Shown: positions 18,691 to 19,715 of the stretch, piece by piece
Position numbering within the stretch: position 1 is the first letter of the stretch
Layout: each line of letters begins with the position of its first letter
NCBI RefSeq assembly: GCF_006345805.1
Contig: NW_021824239.1
Coordinates: 1-19,715, forward strand
Length of the DNA: 19,715 nucleotides
Direction of reading: 5' to 3'
Source of the DNA: Octopus sinensis
Taxonomy: Eukaryota
Program-made: the position numbers and the translations under genes
Notes under the pieces: model-generated
Told to the model about the DNA's origin: nothing
What the model saw: only the letters and a program-made list of their open reading frames with translations
Databases searched by the model: none

Positions 18691-19203
18691 GCTTACCATC
18701 CCTAAATAAGCTTGTTTCGGAACCAGATAGTTCTTGGCTTAATCTCATTGCACATCACCTAAAGCAAGTGTTTTCTATTAAAGCCTCGGGTCTGGTTGAC
18801 TAATGCTGGATTTGGCAGGAGAAAAACTGGAGAGACCTATTGTAAACATTATGCATGTATATATGATTGCTGAACTAAGGAAAACAGAAATGTCTCAGTT
18901 GATAAAATGTTCAATTAATAAATCCCTGTTTATATCATGCAGTCGACTTCTAAATAGAATGAAACAGTTCTATACATGATTAGCATAGACATTGAATTTT
19001 AAGGACTTCGTTAATAAGCAAACAATATTAAATAAATATGTGAATTTTATGCATCTTTTTTTCCCATAATACCTTAATTTCAAATCCAAATTTCTAATCC
19101 CACCATATATTATGAAGAAATGATTGCCTCCCTAAGAATCACTATCTACTGGGGAATAACGCACGCGTAAATATATGTGTGCGTGTATGTAAATGTACCG
19201 TGT

Positions 19204-19406
19204 CACGTTGACACACACTCACACACACACTTTATGACATGCATAACTTGCCACATGCGTACAAGCACCCACATACTTAAGTTGCAGTTATGTAAATTGT
19301 AAGACTTGCTGAGGTGTTTGGATTGGGCGTCAGTCGGAACATGTTCACCAGCCATGTCTTACTGTCTTACTGGCTAACATATAAAGTGTGCATGTGCGTG
19401 TATAAC
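19204..19406 (+). repeat. ~200-bp dispersed direct repeat, copy 2
   Basis: Matches 17899-18066, with an extra 27 nt (tgcgtacaagcacccacatacttaagt) and a tandem tcttactg. Confidence 0.9.
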
Positions 19407-19435
19407 GTATAAGTGCATATGAGTGGGTATATGTT

Positions 19436-19512
19436 TGTATATATATATATACGTAAGTATATATGCATATGTATGTCAATATGTATGCTTATATATATAT
19501 ATATATATATTA

Positions 19513-19544
<32 letters not shown>

Positions 19545-19715
19545 GTATATGCATATACATATATATAAGCATAGACATATACATGTGCATATATATGTAT
19601 ATATATATATAAAAATATACATACATAGATACATAGATATATATATATATATATGCTTACATATATATATATACATACATATATAGACATATATATATAT
19701 ATACATACATATATA
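19436..19715. repeat. (TA)n-rich low-complexity tract running to the window end
   Basis: Direct reading. Confidence 0.93.

Overview
AT-rich, microsatellite-dense eukaryotic DNA that looks intronic or intergenic. It is most likely from an Octopus genome; this is inferred from recalled resemblance of the SINE families and the extreme SSR density, not from a search. No confident protein-coding gene, tRNA/rRNA gene or CRISPR array is present, and nearly all ORF-track entries come from simple repeats or SINEs. The window is a nested mosaic of mobile elements: two near-identical ~395-bp non-autonomous Helitrons (48-442, 14627-15023), a probable second Helitron family, hAT-like and Tigger/pogo-like MITEs, at least three tRNA-derived SINE families, and eroded LINE fragments (CR1-like RT C-terminus; R4/Dong-like RLE C-terminus). 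The most striking structure is a fold-back cluster at 13.6-14.6 kb: a 157-bp palindrome plus a 199-bp palindrome (97-bp arms, 5-nt loop) that is tandemly duplicated between (TA)n tracts and abuts a Helitron 3' end. An antisense SINE half inserted inside a sense SINE (4644-5322) makes a ~240-bp near-spacerless inverted repeat. A few + strand splice-site sets (3353-3397, 3738-3761, 16621-16940) hint at a spliced transcript of unknown nature.
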